From assembly GCA_035717985.1 (NCBI GenBank), contig DASTHW010000013.1, positions 73,436 through 137,435 of the forward strand: a DNA stretch of 64,000 nt, given 5' to 3'. The position numbers and the translations under genes were made by a program. The notes under the pieces were generated by a model that was not told the DNA's origin, did no database searches, and saw only the letters and a program-made list of their open reading frames with translations. The stretch comes from Candidatus Saccharimonadales bacterium. Lineage in GTDB: Bacteria; Patescibacteriota; Saccharimonadia; Saccharimonadales; UBA10212. Shown piece after piece: positions 54,272 through 61,962 of this stretch (position 1 is the first letter of the stretch; the number at the start of each line of letters is the position of its first letter).

Positions 54272-54520
54272 TTATTTTTTGGTCAGCAAGTAGGCTATGA
54301 CGATGATAGCGATTATCACTACCACGCCGATAATTAGCCAAGTGTGCGACTTTTTAGCCGGCATAGGCGGCTTGGGGCCGACAGCACTGGGCGCGGGCGG
54401 CGGGCCGGCAGGGTCAGGACCGGGCGGTGTGGGTGCCGGGCCGGGCGTTGGTGCTGGACCACTGGTCACTGGCGGCGTGGGTGCGGCCACCGGTGATTGA
54501 GGAACTTGGTTAGGATTCAT
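54272..54520 (-). CDS. Proline-rich protein with C-terminal TM anchor
   Basis: 82 aa. Roughly 55 aa of P/A/G/T low complexity are followed by WLIIGVVVIIAIIVIAYLL. A terminator lies downstream. Confidence 0.5.
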   Translation of the reverse strand: MNPNQVPQSPVAAPTPPVTSGPAPTPGPAPTPPGPDPAGPPPAPSAVGPKPPMPAKKSHTWLIIGVVVIIAIIVIAYLLTKK

Positions 54521-54595
54521 AATTCTTCCACCTTTTTAGCTTATATAACCCATTTTAGCATAAGCTAAAACTAAATTGCCTAGTCTTTTTTAGGC

Positions 54596-54760
54596 CTACA
54601 GGCGCCGCCGGCCAAAGATGTGATCTAAGATGTAAATTATTAGAGCGGCCACGAGTAGGAGATAAATAAAAAAACCGCCAATGTGGACGATTATGCCCAA
54701 CAGCCAAAGCAGTATCAAAATAGCAATTATGGCTAGTATCATGGCGCTAATCATAGCCAT
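54596..54760 (-). CDS. lmo0937-family small membrane protein
   Basis: Not in the ORF track (54 aa). My translation is MAMISAMILAIIAILILLWLLGIIVHIGGFFIYLLLVAALIIYILDHIFGRRRL. The LLWLLG...H..GG..I.LLLV....GRR pattern matches this family from memory. Confidence 0.65.
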   Translation of the reverse strand: MAMISAMILAIIAILILLWLLGIIVHIGGFFIYLLLVAALIIYILDHIFGRRRL

Positions 54761-54798
54761 AAAGCGGCCTCGTAAGCTGTTAGATAATTAACAGTTAG

Positions 54799-55065
54799 CT
54801 AATCTTCGGCGCCGTGCACAACATCTTCGGCCGGCGGGCTCTCAGTCTCCATAATTTCTACCTGCTCGGTCCGAGCGAGCAAATCTTCGCGGTTGGTAAA
54901 GCAGGCATTATCCGGGAAGGCTTTATAAAAATCTACTATCTCTGAGCCGGCGCCTTCCTTTTTGGCCAGGCCGGTTAGCTGGCGGGCTGAAATAGGGTAG
55001 TCGTCCACTTTATCGATTAAGTGCTGGAGATCGGTTAACTTTGCTTTAGTATCAAGAATAATCAT
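54799..55065 (-). CDS. Small cytosolic protein, DUF2795-like
   Basis: 88 aa. The segment DDYPISARQLTGLAKKEGAGSEIVDFYKAFPD resembles the DUF2795 pattern (Y/FP-x-S/K ... A...GA..EV...). Assignment is low certainty. Confidence 0.5.
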   Translation of the reverse strand: MIILDTKAKLTDLQHLIDKVDDYPISARQLTGLAKKEGAGSEIVDFYKAFPDNACFTNREDLLARTEQVEIMETESPPAEDVVHGAED

Positions 55066-55073
55066 GATTCCCC

Positions 55074-55223
55074 CTAGCGGTATTGATTATTAGCGTTTGT
55101 ACCTTTAGGCGGCACCTGCGGCGCGGTTTTTGACGGGTCGGCCGGCTTGGTGGGCTGAGCACCTGGGTTCCGGGCTGATCTTTGAATATGTAGTTTATTG
55201 TCGGCGCTAGTATGTTTGCTCAT
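55074..55223 (-). CDS. Possible 49-aa hydrophilic micro-protein
   Basis: My translation is MSKHTSADNKLHIQRSARNPGAQPTKPADPSKTAPQVPPKGTNANNQYR. A GGGGG lies 5 nt before the ATG. However, it sits only about 30 nt after a terminator hairpin, so expression is uncertain. Confidence 0.25.
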   Translation of the reverse strand: MSKHTSADNKLHIQRSARNPGAQPTKPADPSKTAPQVPPKGTNANNQYR

Positions 55224-55253
55224 GTTTACCCCCTGACATATCTCTAACTTCAA

Positions 55254-55286
55254 TAAAAAACCCCGTGCCTTCTCACTCGCACAGGG
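55254..55286 (-). terminator. Rho-independent terminator after the S/G-rich anchored protein gene
   Basis: The minus strand reads CCCTGTGC-GAGTGAGAAG-GCACGGGG followed by TTTTTTATT. There is one mismatch in the 8-bp stem. Confidence 0.6.
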
Positions 55287-55376
55287 TTTTATGCTTGACG
55301 CCTAATAATCATTCGGGCTACCTCCCAAGCACAAGTTTATTTAATATTATCTGCCCGGTTTCAGCTGTGTGAAATT

Positions 55377-55889
55377 TCACAAGCTAAGGCTGGTGGGCTT
55401 AGGGATTGACGGATCAATGGTGGTTGAGGTGCCGCCAACCGACAAATTACCAACGCTTAAACTTGGAGTCTGCAGGGTGGCCGAGACATTATTTTTGCCG
55501 GTTACGCCGCTAGCTGGCAGTGACGAGCCGGAGCTTGAGCCGCCGCTCCCGCCTAGACCGCCATAAGTAGTAGGGCTAGAGGGTTGATATAGGCTACCGG
55601 TTTGGCCGCTTGCGCTACCAGCTGAGCTAGCTGGGACAGCAATCCCGCCGGAGCCGCCACTGCTAGAGCCAGCCGACTGCGGGCCATGAGCGGTCTGGCC
55701 AGGGCTGGTGCTGGACGGCTTAACTGTATAAATCCCCAGCGTCTGCGGTTTTGGCCCGGGCTGGCTGGTGGTAATACCGAAATAAATTACCAAAAATAAT
55801 ATCACCGCCATCGGCAGGATAAATTTAAGATTATCGGTCAGTGTCTCTAAAGATGGGTGTTCTACCCCACCGTGGACCGTGTACCTCAC
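55377..55889 (-). CDS. Membrane-anchored Ser/Gly/Pro-rich low-complexity protein
   Basis: GTG start 9 nt after AGGAG. It has one TM helix (FILPMAVILFLVIYFGI). About 125 aa of S/G/T/P-rich sequence follow. Confidence 0.5.
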   Translation of the reverse strand: MRYTVHGGVEHPSLETLTDNLKFILPMAVILFLVIYFGITTSQPGPKPQTLGIYTVKPSSTSPGQTAHGPQSAGSSSGGSGGIAVPASSAGSASGQTGSLYQPSSPTTYGGLGGSGGSSSGSSLPASGVTGKNNVSATLQTPSLSVGNLSVGGTSTTIDPSIPKPTSLSL

Positions 55890-56012
55890 AAGCAGTTACT
55901 CCTAAAAGCCATTTCATTACTTCTCTCGCTAGCTAACAGGATACGGGTAAGAGGTCCAAGACCACAGTTACTTTTTTGACAGGTAAAGACCTAAATTTTT
56001 AACACCTATGAG

Positions 56013-56618
56013 CTAGAAATTACCGAAGTAGTACCAAAAGCGTTTTAGAACCAGAGCGATAATTATGAGATACCAGACGATTAAAATGTCTAAATGATGA
56101 CGGCGGGCAAAGGTTGTCGCGCCCGCCAGCCGCTTAGGCTTTGTCAGATGGCCGGCGTCCAGGTTATATAAAGTGGTGTACCAAAAGGCCGGGATGGTTA
56201 CGGCCCAGGTAACCATGCAAAAAAGGCAGAGCGCACCGATTCGGTAAAGCGTTTCATACTGTAGCCAGGTGATAAAAACGATGGCAAAGGTCATACCAAG
56301 CTGGAATAGGCGCCAAAACCATTTTTTAAGCCGGGCGCCGGCCAGCAAAACAGAACCAACCGTGGCTACGGCCGCAAAACCGGCTAGGCCAAGGAAGGGG
56401 TTATAAAAACCAAAGGCCTCGGCTTGGTCAGAGCCGGAGACAGTAGAACAGCTAAAGATCGGGTTTAAGTTACAAACCGGCACGTAATGCGGATTTTTTA
56501 AGGTATCAATTTTTTCGATAGAAAGTATCAGCGAGGCCAATACCCCGATAATGCCGGCTATTAAAATCAACCACGGAAAAACCGTGCTCAATTTCTCACC
56601 CGCCTTCACTTTCGCCAT
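56013..56618 (-). CDS. Vitamin K epoxide reductase (VKOR) family disulfide-bond-forming protein
   Basis: 201 aa with 4-5 TM helices. The loop Cys pair is CNLNPIFSC and the redox motif is CLFC, as in bacterial VKOR homologues. Confidence 0.8.
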   Translation of the reverse strand: MAKVKAGEKLSTVFPWLILIAGIIGVLASLILSIEKIDTLKNPHYVPVCNLNPIFSCSTVSGSDQAEAFGFYNPFLGLAGFAAVATVGSVLLAGARLKKWFWRLFQLGMTFAIVFITWLQYETLYRIGALCLFCMVTWAVTIPAFWYTTLYNLDAGHLTKPKRLAGATTFARRHHLDILIVWYLIIIALVLKRFWYYFGNF

Positions 56619-56668
56619 ATATCAAATAAGTATAAGCGCTAGCGAGTGCGGGCGTAAAGCGGACTGTT

Positions 56669-56770
56669 CTACCAGAAATTTTGGTTGTCTTCGCTCAAAA
56701 CTTCTCGTACCTGCCGGCGAATGGCCCGCCGCTTTTGGTAGTCATTTAAGTAGTCTTGAAATCCGCGCAT
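56669..56770 (-). CDS. Possible 33-aa basic micro-protein
   Basis: My translation is MRGFQDYLNDYQKRRAIRRQVREVLSEDNQNFW. A strong GGGAGG lies 3 nt before the ATG. It is below the ORF-track cutoff. Confidence 0.35.
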   Translation of the reverse strand: MRGFQDYLNDYQKRRAIRRQVREVLSEDNQNFW

Positions 56771-56875
56771 TTGCCTCCCGTATCTATCCCCGTATCTATC
56801 TAAATACAATTGTAGATCCGGTGAGCGGGCTTTTCTGTTAGGTATTTAACGAGCGGACCAGTTTCAGGCTATAAA

Positions 56876-57289
56876 TTATTCAAATTGGCCAAGAGTGCCA
56901 ATGATGATCAAAACGGCGCCGGCAATAGCTATTGCCAGGCCGATAAAAAACGGCAAGAACACCCAGCAGGCTATGCCGATAATGATAACGATAAAGCCGG
57001 TCAGAATTATTTTAGTTTGAGTTGGATTGGCCGGTTTTTTGCTAGTGGGTTCGGGTGCCTCGGCCGGAATTTTAGCAAGCTCGGAAGTTTTATAACCCAA
57101 AATCCCTGGCTCCTTGCCGGACTTTTTTTCGCCTTCGCTTTCCTCTTTTTCTTTTTCCTCGTCCTCTTTTTTGTCTTCGCACTCGGTCTGCTTAATTTTT
57201 AACTCATCACCCTCTATAGAGACCGCCTCTTTAGGGAGCTCTAATTCTATTTTCACAGTCTCGGTTTTGTCCTCATCTTCTTCTGCCAT
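56876..57289 (-). CDS. Glu/Lys-rich protein with C-terminal double-TM anchor
   Basis: 137 aa. The acidic N-terminal half (EEDEDK, KKEDEEKEKEESEGEKK) is followed by two hydrophobic helices. Confidence 0.5.
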   Translation of the reverse strand: MAEEDEDKTETVKIELELPKEAVSIEGDELKIKQTECEDKKEDEEKEKEESEGEKKSGKEPGILGYKTSELAKIPAEAPEPTSKKPANPTQTKIILTGFIVIIIGIACWVFLPFFIGLAIAIAGAVLIIIGTLGQFE

Positions 57290-57372
57290 GACCTTAGTCT
57301 GGAATCAAAATATAAATGCCACAGTAAGGGATTTAACAATTGGCTAGCTGAAGAAGACGGGCTAAAGATTTT

Positions 57373-57492
57373 TTATGAATCTATCTCTTCGGCAAGCTCT
57401 TTTTTGTCGCTGTCCGTCAGCTGATCGGGGCTAATGCCTTGCTCCTCAATCATTTTGTCGACTTTTTTTGGCGTTGGTGTGTTGTCGTCCAT
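57373..57492 (-). CDS. Possible 39-aa acidic micro-protein
   Basis: My translation is MDDNTPTPKKVDKMIEEQGISPDQLTDSDKKELAEEIDS. GGAGGGGGAG lies directly upstream of the ATG. Confidence 0.35.
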   Translation of the reverse strand: MDDNTPTPKKVDKMIEEQGISPDQLTDSDKKELAEEIDS

Positions 57493-57574
57493 GGCTCCCC
57501 CTCCTTAGTGACTAAAGCATAGGCCGGCCAGCCGGCTGGTAGCTATAAGAATTTTGACAAGCTTTGAGTTGATT

Positions 57575-58123
57575 TTAGGGCCGCAAGACTTCTAGGCCAT
57601 CTTGGCTAAGGCGGATAACCTTACTGGCAGAGCCACCCACCTGCCCGGCGCGGTAAAAATCTACTTGGTCGTCAAAATATTGTTTAGCCTCAGTGATATT
57701 GCCGGCCGGCGGGGAGCCCTCGGGGTTAGCGCTGGGCGCCGTCAGCGGGCCGGTACTAGCTAGCAAACGCCGCAGTGCCGGTTTAGCCGGCACTCTAAAG
57801 GCTAAAGACTGGCCGCCGCGGTGCAGATAAGCAAATTTATCCTGCGGGCAGGGCAGTACTAGGCTGACCGGCCCGGGCCAAAACTGTTTAAGCTGGGCGG
57901 AAAGGTTTTTATCTAGGTGAATATCAAATAATTTCAAATAGCGGGGGCTGGCAATAAGAATAATGAATGGCTTATCGGCACGGCGACCTTTTAGCTGGTA
58001 AATCCGCTCTACGGCGTTTGGTGAAAAGGCGGAGCCAACCAAACCATAAATAGTATCGGTAGCCATTACACCTACGCCGCCGTTTTTTAAAATTTCGATA
58101 ATGTCTACTGAGCTTTTTGGCAT
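57575..58123 (-). CDS. tsaC: L-threonylcarbamoyladenylate synthase (YrdC/TsaC family)
   Basis: 182 aa. Contains ATDTIYGLVGSAFSPNAVERIYQLKGRRADKPFIILI and SANPEGSPPA. Confidence 0.85.
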   Translation of the reverse strand: MPKSSVDIIEILKNGGVGVMATDTIYGLVGSAFSPNAVERIYQLKGRRADKPFIILIASPRYLKLFDIHLDKNLSAQLKQFWPGPVSLVLPCPQDKFAYLHRGGQSLAFRVPAKPALRRLLASTGPLTAPSANPEGSPPAGNITEAKQYFDDQVDFYRAGQVGGSASKVIRLSQDGLEVLRP

Positions 58124-58230
58124 TTGCTTTATATGATCTCCTGGTTAAGGCTAGTCTTCATGGGACTAGGGCTGGTGTCTTTTAGAAGCTACTACCTAAG
58201 TAAAGCCTTGGTCAAGAGCTAAAGCCAAGT

Positions 58231-58260
58231 TTGACTGGTTAAGCAGAGCTACCCTATAAT
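58231..58260 (+). promoter_or_regulatory. Near-consensus sigma70 promoter driving the leader and tRNA-Asn
   Basis: TTGACT (58231-58236), an 18-nt spacer, then TATAAT (58255-58260). Confidence 0.6.
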
Positions 58261-58299
58261 CAATCTGTTATTTTCTTCTTTATCCAAGGGAAAAGAGCA

Positions 58300-58376
58300 G
58301 GCACGATTCGCTCATATTGAGCGAATCCGGATTCACTCCGGAAGTGCCGATGAGGAAAACCGTAGGTTGTCCTCAT
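58300..58376 (+). ncRNA. Highly structured leader RNA between promoter and tRNA-Asn (unknown class)
   Basis: GGCAC (58300-58304) pairs with GTGCC (58344-58348). This helix encloses a perfect 9-bp hairpin, GATTCGCTC/GAGCGAATC (58305-58327), and a CCGGA/TCCGG hairpin (58328-58341). A 7-bp hairpin ATGAGGA/TCCTCAT follows at 58350-58376. Confidence 0.35.
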
Positions 58377-58392
58377 GAGCGTCAAGCGCTAA

Positions 58393-58467
58393 TCCGGGGT
58401 AGCTCAACGGTAGAGCGGGTGGCTGTTAACCACTAGGTTGCTGGTTCGAATCCAGTCCCCGGAGCCA
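58393..58467 (+). tRNA. tRNA-Asn (anticodon GTT), CCA encoded
   Basis: Hand-folded cloverleaf. Acceptor TCCGGGG/CCCCGGA, D-arm GCTC/GAGC, anticodon stem GGTGG/CCACT with loop CTGTTAA, T-arm GCTGG-TTCGAAT-CCAGT, discriminator G, then CCA. Confidence 0.9.
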
Positions 58468-60075
58468 AGATAGAGAATCAACGCTAATTGACCGAGATTG
58501 ACCCCTGCTATAGGGGTCTTTTTCGTTGGTTCTAACCACACTTGCAAGCTCCAACTTGCTTTCATTCATTTTTTCGATAGGAACAAAGTATTTATTAGGT
58601 GTAAATTGTATGGTTCTATCCTTAATCGTAAGCTTTTCGCCAAGCTTCACCACAACTGCACGTTTCTTCTCTAAGTCATCACTATCAAATTCTTCTTTAG
58701 CATATCGCGCAAAAGTGAACACTTCATCAGCTTTAGCACGCCAGTCACGAGCCTTGTACTCATCTTTATTACGAGTATTTTGTAAGCTCTCTAACTCGTC
58801 TTCAAGTGTTTGCATTTCCGCAAAGTACCATGAGTCATCGTCAGCCTCTCCTGCATATCGCATTCTGCGTAGATTGTTAATGGACAGTTTCTTCTTTTCT
58901 ATCGCTCTGTCGTGAGCCAATGTCTTAGCTTGGTCTTTTACCACAACCTCATCTTCCTCCTGTGCTAATGCTTCAATAGCAAGCTTGTAGAAATCGGGGT
59001 CAATAGTGAATTTACTTAGCTTTTCTTTTATTTGTTCAATCAAGACATCCTCATTTACGTGTAGTTTTGGTTGGCTACATTTAATGGCTTTGTTCTTACC
59101 CGTGCAGTGATAGTACACATACTCTTTACGTTCTCCGGTAGATTTAATAGTCTTACGTTTCTGTTCAGCAGTTATTGCAAAACCACACTCACCGCAACGG
59201 AAAAGGTTTCGCAGTTGAAAGTTATAAGTCTTGTCTTTAGGACGAGTTGTGTGTGTTGGGTCTATGATTTGTTGCACTCGTTCGAATTCATCTTCTGTGA
59301 TCATAGCAGGATGCTTACCCGGATATTCCTCACCTTTGAACATTAATGTACCTGTGTAGAATTTGTTTTTGAACATGGCACATAGTGATGAATAGGCGAT
59401 AGGATTTCCACCAGTTCTACCTCTAACAGGTGTAGTTAAATGTAAATCGAACTCTGCAATATCAACTAATTCCGCCATAGAATAGGTTCCGGTCAGCATC
59501 TTTTCCCATAACAGACGAACTAGGTTGAATCGGTCAGGATCAGCGATAATAACCTTTTCAAGACGATCGTTTAAGTAACCGATAGGTGGTACTCCGGGTT
59601 TGTGTCCCTTTTCGACTTTCGATTGCATTCCACGGCGGGTATTACTGCTTAGCTCACGAATATATTGGTTAGACATACCTGCTTCAACGCTAAATACGAT
59701 AGCGTTGTCTTCGGGATAGTAGCTCTTTTCAGCAGTTAGGATGTGCTTTAGCTTACCGTCTTGTAATAGCTGTTGAATACGGCCACTTTCAGTCGGGTTG
59801 CGAGACAAACGGTCTAATTTCCAGCACACAATGCCATCAATCTTACCGTCTTCAATCTCTTGCATGAGTTCATCGAATAACGGTCGAGCAAAGGGACGTT
59901 TTGCAGAATGACTTTCGCGATAAGGTTCACCGATTAGACGTACACTCTCACGCTTAGCCACTGATTTCATTACCTTTACTTGGTCATCAAGCGACTGAAC
60001 CTGTCTATCTTCTGTTTCTGATGACTTACGAGCATACAGACGGTAACGTAAGTTCTGTAAATTTCTGTTATTCAT
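58426..60075 (-). CDS. Large serine recombinase (integrase)
   Basis: 549 aa. Resolvase-type N-domain with YARKSSETEDRQVQSLDDQ. A recombinase domain follows, then a zinc-ribbon (CGECGFAITAEQ...YYHCTGKNKAIKC) and a coiled coil. The last 14 codons are antisense to tRNA-Asn, and the TAA stop is the complement of TTA in the anticodon loop. Confidence 0.9.
   Translation of the reverse strand: MNNRNLQNLRYRLYARKSSETEDRQVQSLDDQVKVMKSVAKRESVRLIGEPYRESHSAKRPFARPLFDELMQEIEDGKIDGIVCWKLDRLSRNPTESGRIQQLLQDGKLKHILTAEKSYYPEDNAIVFSVEAGMSNQYIRELSSNTRRGMQSKVEKGHKPGVPPIGYLNDRLEKVIIADPDRFNLVRLLWEKMLTGTYSMAELVDIAEFDLHLTTPVRGRTGGNPIAYSSLCAMFKNKFYTGTLMFKGEEYPGKHPAMITEDEFERVQQIIDPTHTTRPKDKTYNFQLRNLFRCGECGFAITAEQKRKTIKSTGERKEYVYYHCTGKNKAIKCSQPKLHVNEDVLIEQIKEKLSKFTIDPDFYKLAIEALAQEEDEVVVKDQAKTLAHDRAIEKKKLSINNLRRMRYAGEADDDSWYFAEMQTLEDELESLQNTRNKDEYKARDWRAKADEVFTFARYAKEEFDSDDLEKKRAVVVKLGEKLTIKDRTIQFTPNKYFVPIEKMNESKLELASVVRTNEKDPYSRGQSRSISVDSLSWLRGLDSNQQPSG
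58500..58523 (+). terminator. Rho-independent terminator after tRNA-Asn
   Basis: GACCCCT-GCTAT-AGGGGTC followed by TTTTT. It lies inside the antisense 3' end of the recombinase ORF. Confidence 0.65.
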
Positions 60076-60241
60076 TTTTGGTGTCTTTTGATTTCGTTAT
60101 GTTTTGTTCTGATATTTTTTCAACATATTGTTTAATTCTCTTGAATTGATCTTTAGATAAATTTGAGTGCTTCTGTTTAAGACCAATAGGCTGGCGGGCT
60201 ATTAAAACAATGTCTCTCTGGCTTACTACACGATAGTTCAT
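60068..60241 (-). CDS. 57-aa protein overlapping the recombinase start (candidate directionality factor or regulator)
   Basis: My translation is MNYRVVSQRDIVLIARQPIGLKQKHSNLSKDQFKRIKQYVEKISEQNITKSKDTKNE. Its last codons overlap the integrase ATG (AAATGAATAA). It is below the ORF-track cutoff. Confidence 0.4.
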   Translation of the reverse strand: MNYRVVSQRDIVLIARQPIGLKQKHSNLSKDQFKRIKQYVEKISEQNITKSKDTKNE

Positions 60242-60320
60242 ATTATTTCCTTATTTTGCGTTAGTTACAATTAGATGGCTATATTATAGTTGGACTATTA
60301 TAGGATGTATATCTTTACTT

Positions 60321-60413
60321 AGTAGAACCTTTATATAAGATTAACTTTAAATACTAAATGTATATTTATATATAAAGGTATATCTAGATATAAAGGTCTA
60401 CTAATGTAAAGGT
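60321..60413. repeat. AT-rich regulatory repeats upstream of the recombinase operon
   Basis: TATATAAAGGT occurs at 60369-60379, ATATAAAGGT at 60388-60397 and TGTAAAGGT at 60405-60413. An inverted copy ACCTTTATATA lies at 60327-60337. The 15-mers AGTAGAACCTTTATA (60321-60335) and TATAAAGGTCTACTA (60389-60403) form an inverted repeat with one indel. Confidence 0.6.
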
Positions 60414-60420
60414 TCATGGG

Positions 60421-60759
60421 TTAGAAGTCTGGTATATCATCCAGAGTTATTGGTCCATCAGGTATATCTGTAACCACGACATCCTTACTGTCCGCGATAT
60501 ACAACTTAACCTGATCAACACAAGCTTCGAATATCTCCTCCCACAAGGGAAGATGCGTGTTGAACTGTACGATCGGTATATATTTACCGAATTTATTGCG
60601 TTGATTGGGTGGATATACAGCCCAGTCATGCTCTCCATCGGGTGGAAAAACCACCATGCCATTTATGAAGATGCCTAACACTTTGTCAGATACTTTAACC
60701 CTGAAACCCTTGTCTAATGGCATATGTACTTCTGCTTCGATGTTAAATAGCTTTGGCAT
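60421..60759 (-). CDS. Island hypothetical protein (weak SpoVG-like flavour)
   Basis: 112 aa and acidic. The segment FINGMVVFPPDGEHDWAVYPPNQRNKFGKYIPIVQFNTHLPLWEEI is loosely reminiscent of the SpoVG beta-sheet module. This is not a confident family call. Confidence 0.5.
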   Translation of the reverse strand: MPKLFNIEAEVHMPLDKGFRVKVSDKVLGIFINGMVVFPPDGEHDWAVYPPNQRNKFGKYIPIVQFNTHLPLWEEIFEACVDQVKLYIADSKDVVVTDIPDGPITLDDIPDF

Positions 60760-60907
60760 TTAACACCTCCTTTTGAGGAGTGGTCAAACGAACAAAGTCT
60801 GCAAGCTCCTTTAGTTGCGACTCGGCTGCTGAGTAACCTATGACCTCACCATATTTGTTAAGGTAGATCGCTTGAAAGCGTTCTACTAGTTCTTTACTTA
60901 ATTGCAT
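60743..60907 (-). CDS. 54-aa island micro-protein
   Basis: My translation is MQLSKELVERFQAIYLNKYGEVIGYSAAESQLKELADFVRLTTPQKEVLNAKAI. A GGAGAG lies upstream. Its 3' end overlaps the next ORF start by 17 nt. Confidence 0.35.
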   Translation of the reverse strand: MQLSKELVERFQAIYLNKYGEVIGYSAAESQLKELADFVRLTTPQKEVLNAKAI

Positions 60908-61049
60908 TTCTACTCTCCGTAGAGAGTTCGCCTAACCGGACGATTGTTGCTAGGTGAACTCGGATTATTCGTCCTAGTCCCTAGTTAAAATCTTTATAAG
61001 TTTATTGTCGTTGTATTGGTTTTATGTCGTTACAAAATGGTTCAGTTTC

Positions 61050-61916
61050 TTACATTTTCGGTTCAGTAACAGCGCCTAGTTCTTTAAGTTTGTTGTCTAG
61101 TGTGACTGTATCAATTTTCTCGGTATCTGCTTGTTCGCGTGTAATTGTGGGACGGAAAACGATACCATTATCTTTACTTACAGTCGGAAAAAACAATGCT
61201 CTTAGTTCTTTTGTAAATCCCGCACTATTTAGAACTGTACTTATGTTACGTGCTGTTTGACCTAAATTAGGTTTAAATAGCGTGTTAGGATTTTTTAAGG
61301 ATTGTTCAAGTAGTCGTTCTGTTGTTGACCCAGCATGAGCTTTTTTTAGTTTCATAACATCATTAACCAAAATTGAGCCATCAGGTTTATAGGTCAGTGT
61401 GTACTTTGGGATATATCTTTCGCTCTCTTTTTTTATTTGCTGTTCTTTGTTTACTTCATTAGCAATTTTGTTGTACTTAGACATTGCTGTTTTAGCGTTA
61501 TCAATCAGCTTTTTTTGGCCTGCTGACATATGTGGTTCTTCAACACCAGAAACAATACATAGCTTTTCTAATCTAGCACCATGAGCTTTCATTTCATCAG
61601 GGCTTATTTCAGTTGCATAGTCATTTATTTCCCAAGTAGAGGTTCGCAGAACATCAAAACGCTTCCAAATGGGTTCAGGCTTAATTTCAGCTAATGCAGG
61701 ATTGTGGTCATACAACTTTTGTAATTCTGCGACAAGAAGTATGTACGCCCTATTAAGTTCATTTATTTCATAGTTGTCTGGCATACCGAAAGTATCACCG
61801 ACTATCACTGTAAATATTATTGCTAAAGCCTGATCATTCAGTACTTTTGCAACTGCGTAATCATTCTTAGCGACAGACTGATTCGTAACACCCATATCGT
61901 TAAACATTATATGCAA
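61050..61916 (-). CDS. Island hypothetical protein
   Basis: 288 aa with a long uninterrupted ORF in AT-rich DNA. It is divergent from a small HTH gene across a 46-bp spacer. I recognise no family. An alternative start is at 61907. Confidence 0.55.
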   Translation of the reverse strand: MHIMFNDMGVTNQSVAKNDYAVAKVLNDQALAIIFTVIVGDTFGMPDNYEINELNRAYILLVAELQKLYDHNPALAEIKPEPIWKRFDVLRTSTWEINDYATEISPDEMKAHGARLEKLCIVSGVEEPHMSAGQKKLIDNAKTAMSKYNKIANEVNKEQQIKKESERYIPKYTLTYKPDGSILVNDVMKLKKAHAGSTTERLLEQSLKNPNTLFKPNLGQTARNISTVLNSAGFTKELRALFFPTVSKDNGIVFRPTITREQADTEKIDTVTLDNKLKELGAVTEPKM

Positions 61917-61962
61917 ATGTCTATACTTATATATAGAGGACTAATACAAAAAGGAGTAAGTT

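Noticed and set aside
58305-58341. Possible remnant of a tRNA T-arm (GAGCGAATCCGGATTCACTCCGGAAG versus GGTTCGAATCCAGTCCCCGGAGCCA) as an old att scar upstream of tRNA-Asn
   Set aside because: The similarity is limited to CGAATCC and CCGGA and no acceptor-stem complement is present. It is more simply explained as two independent hairpins.
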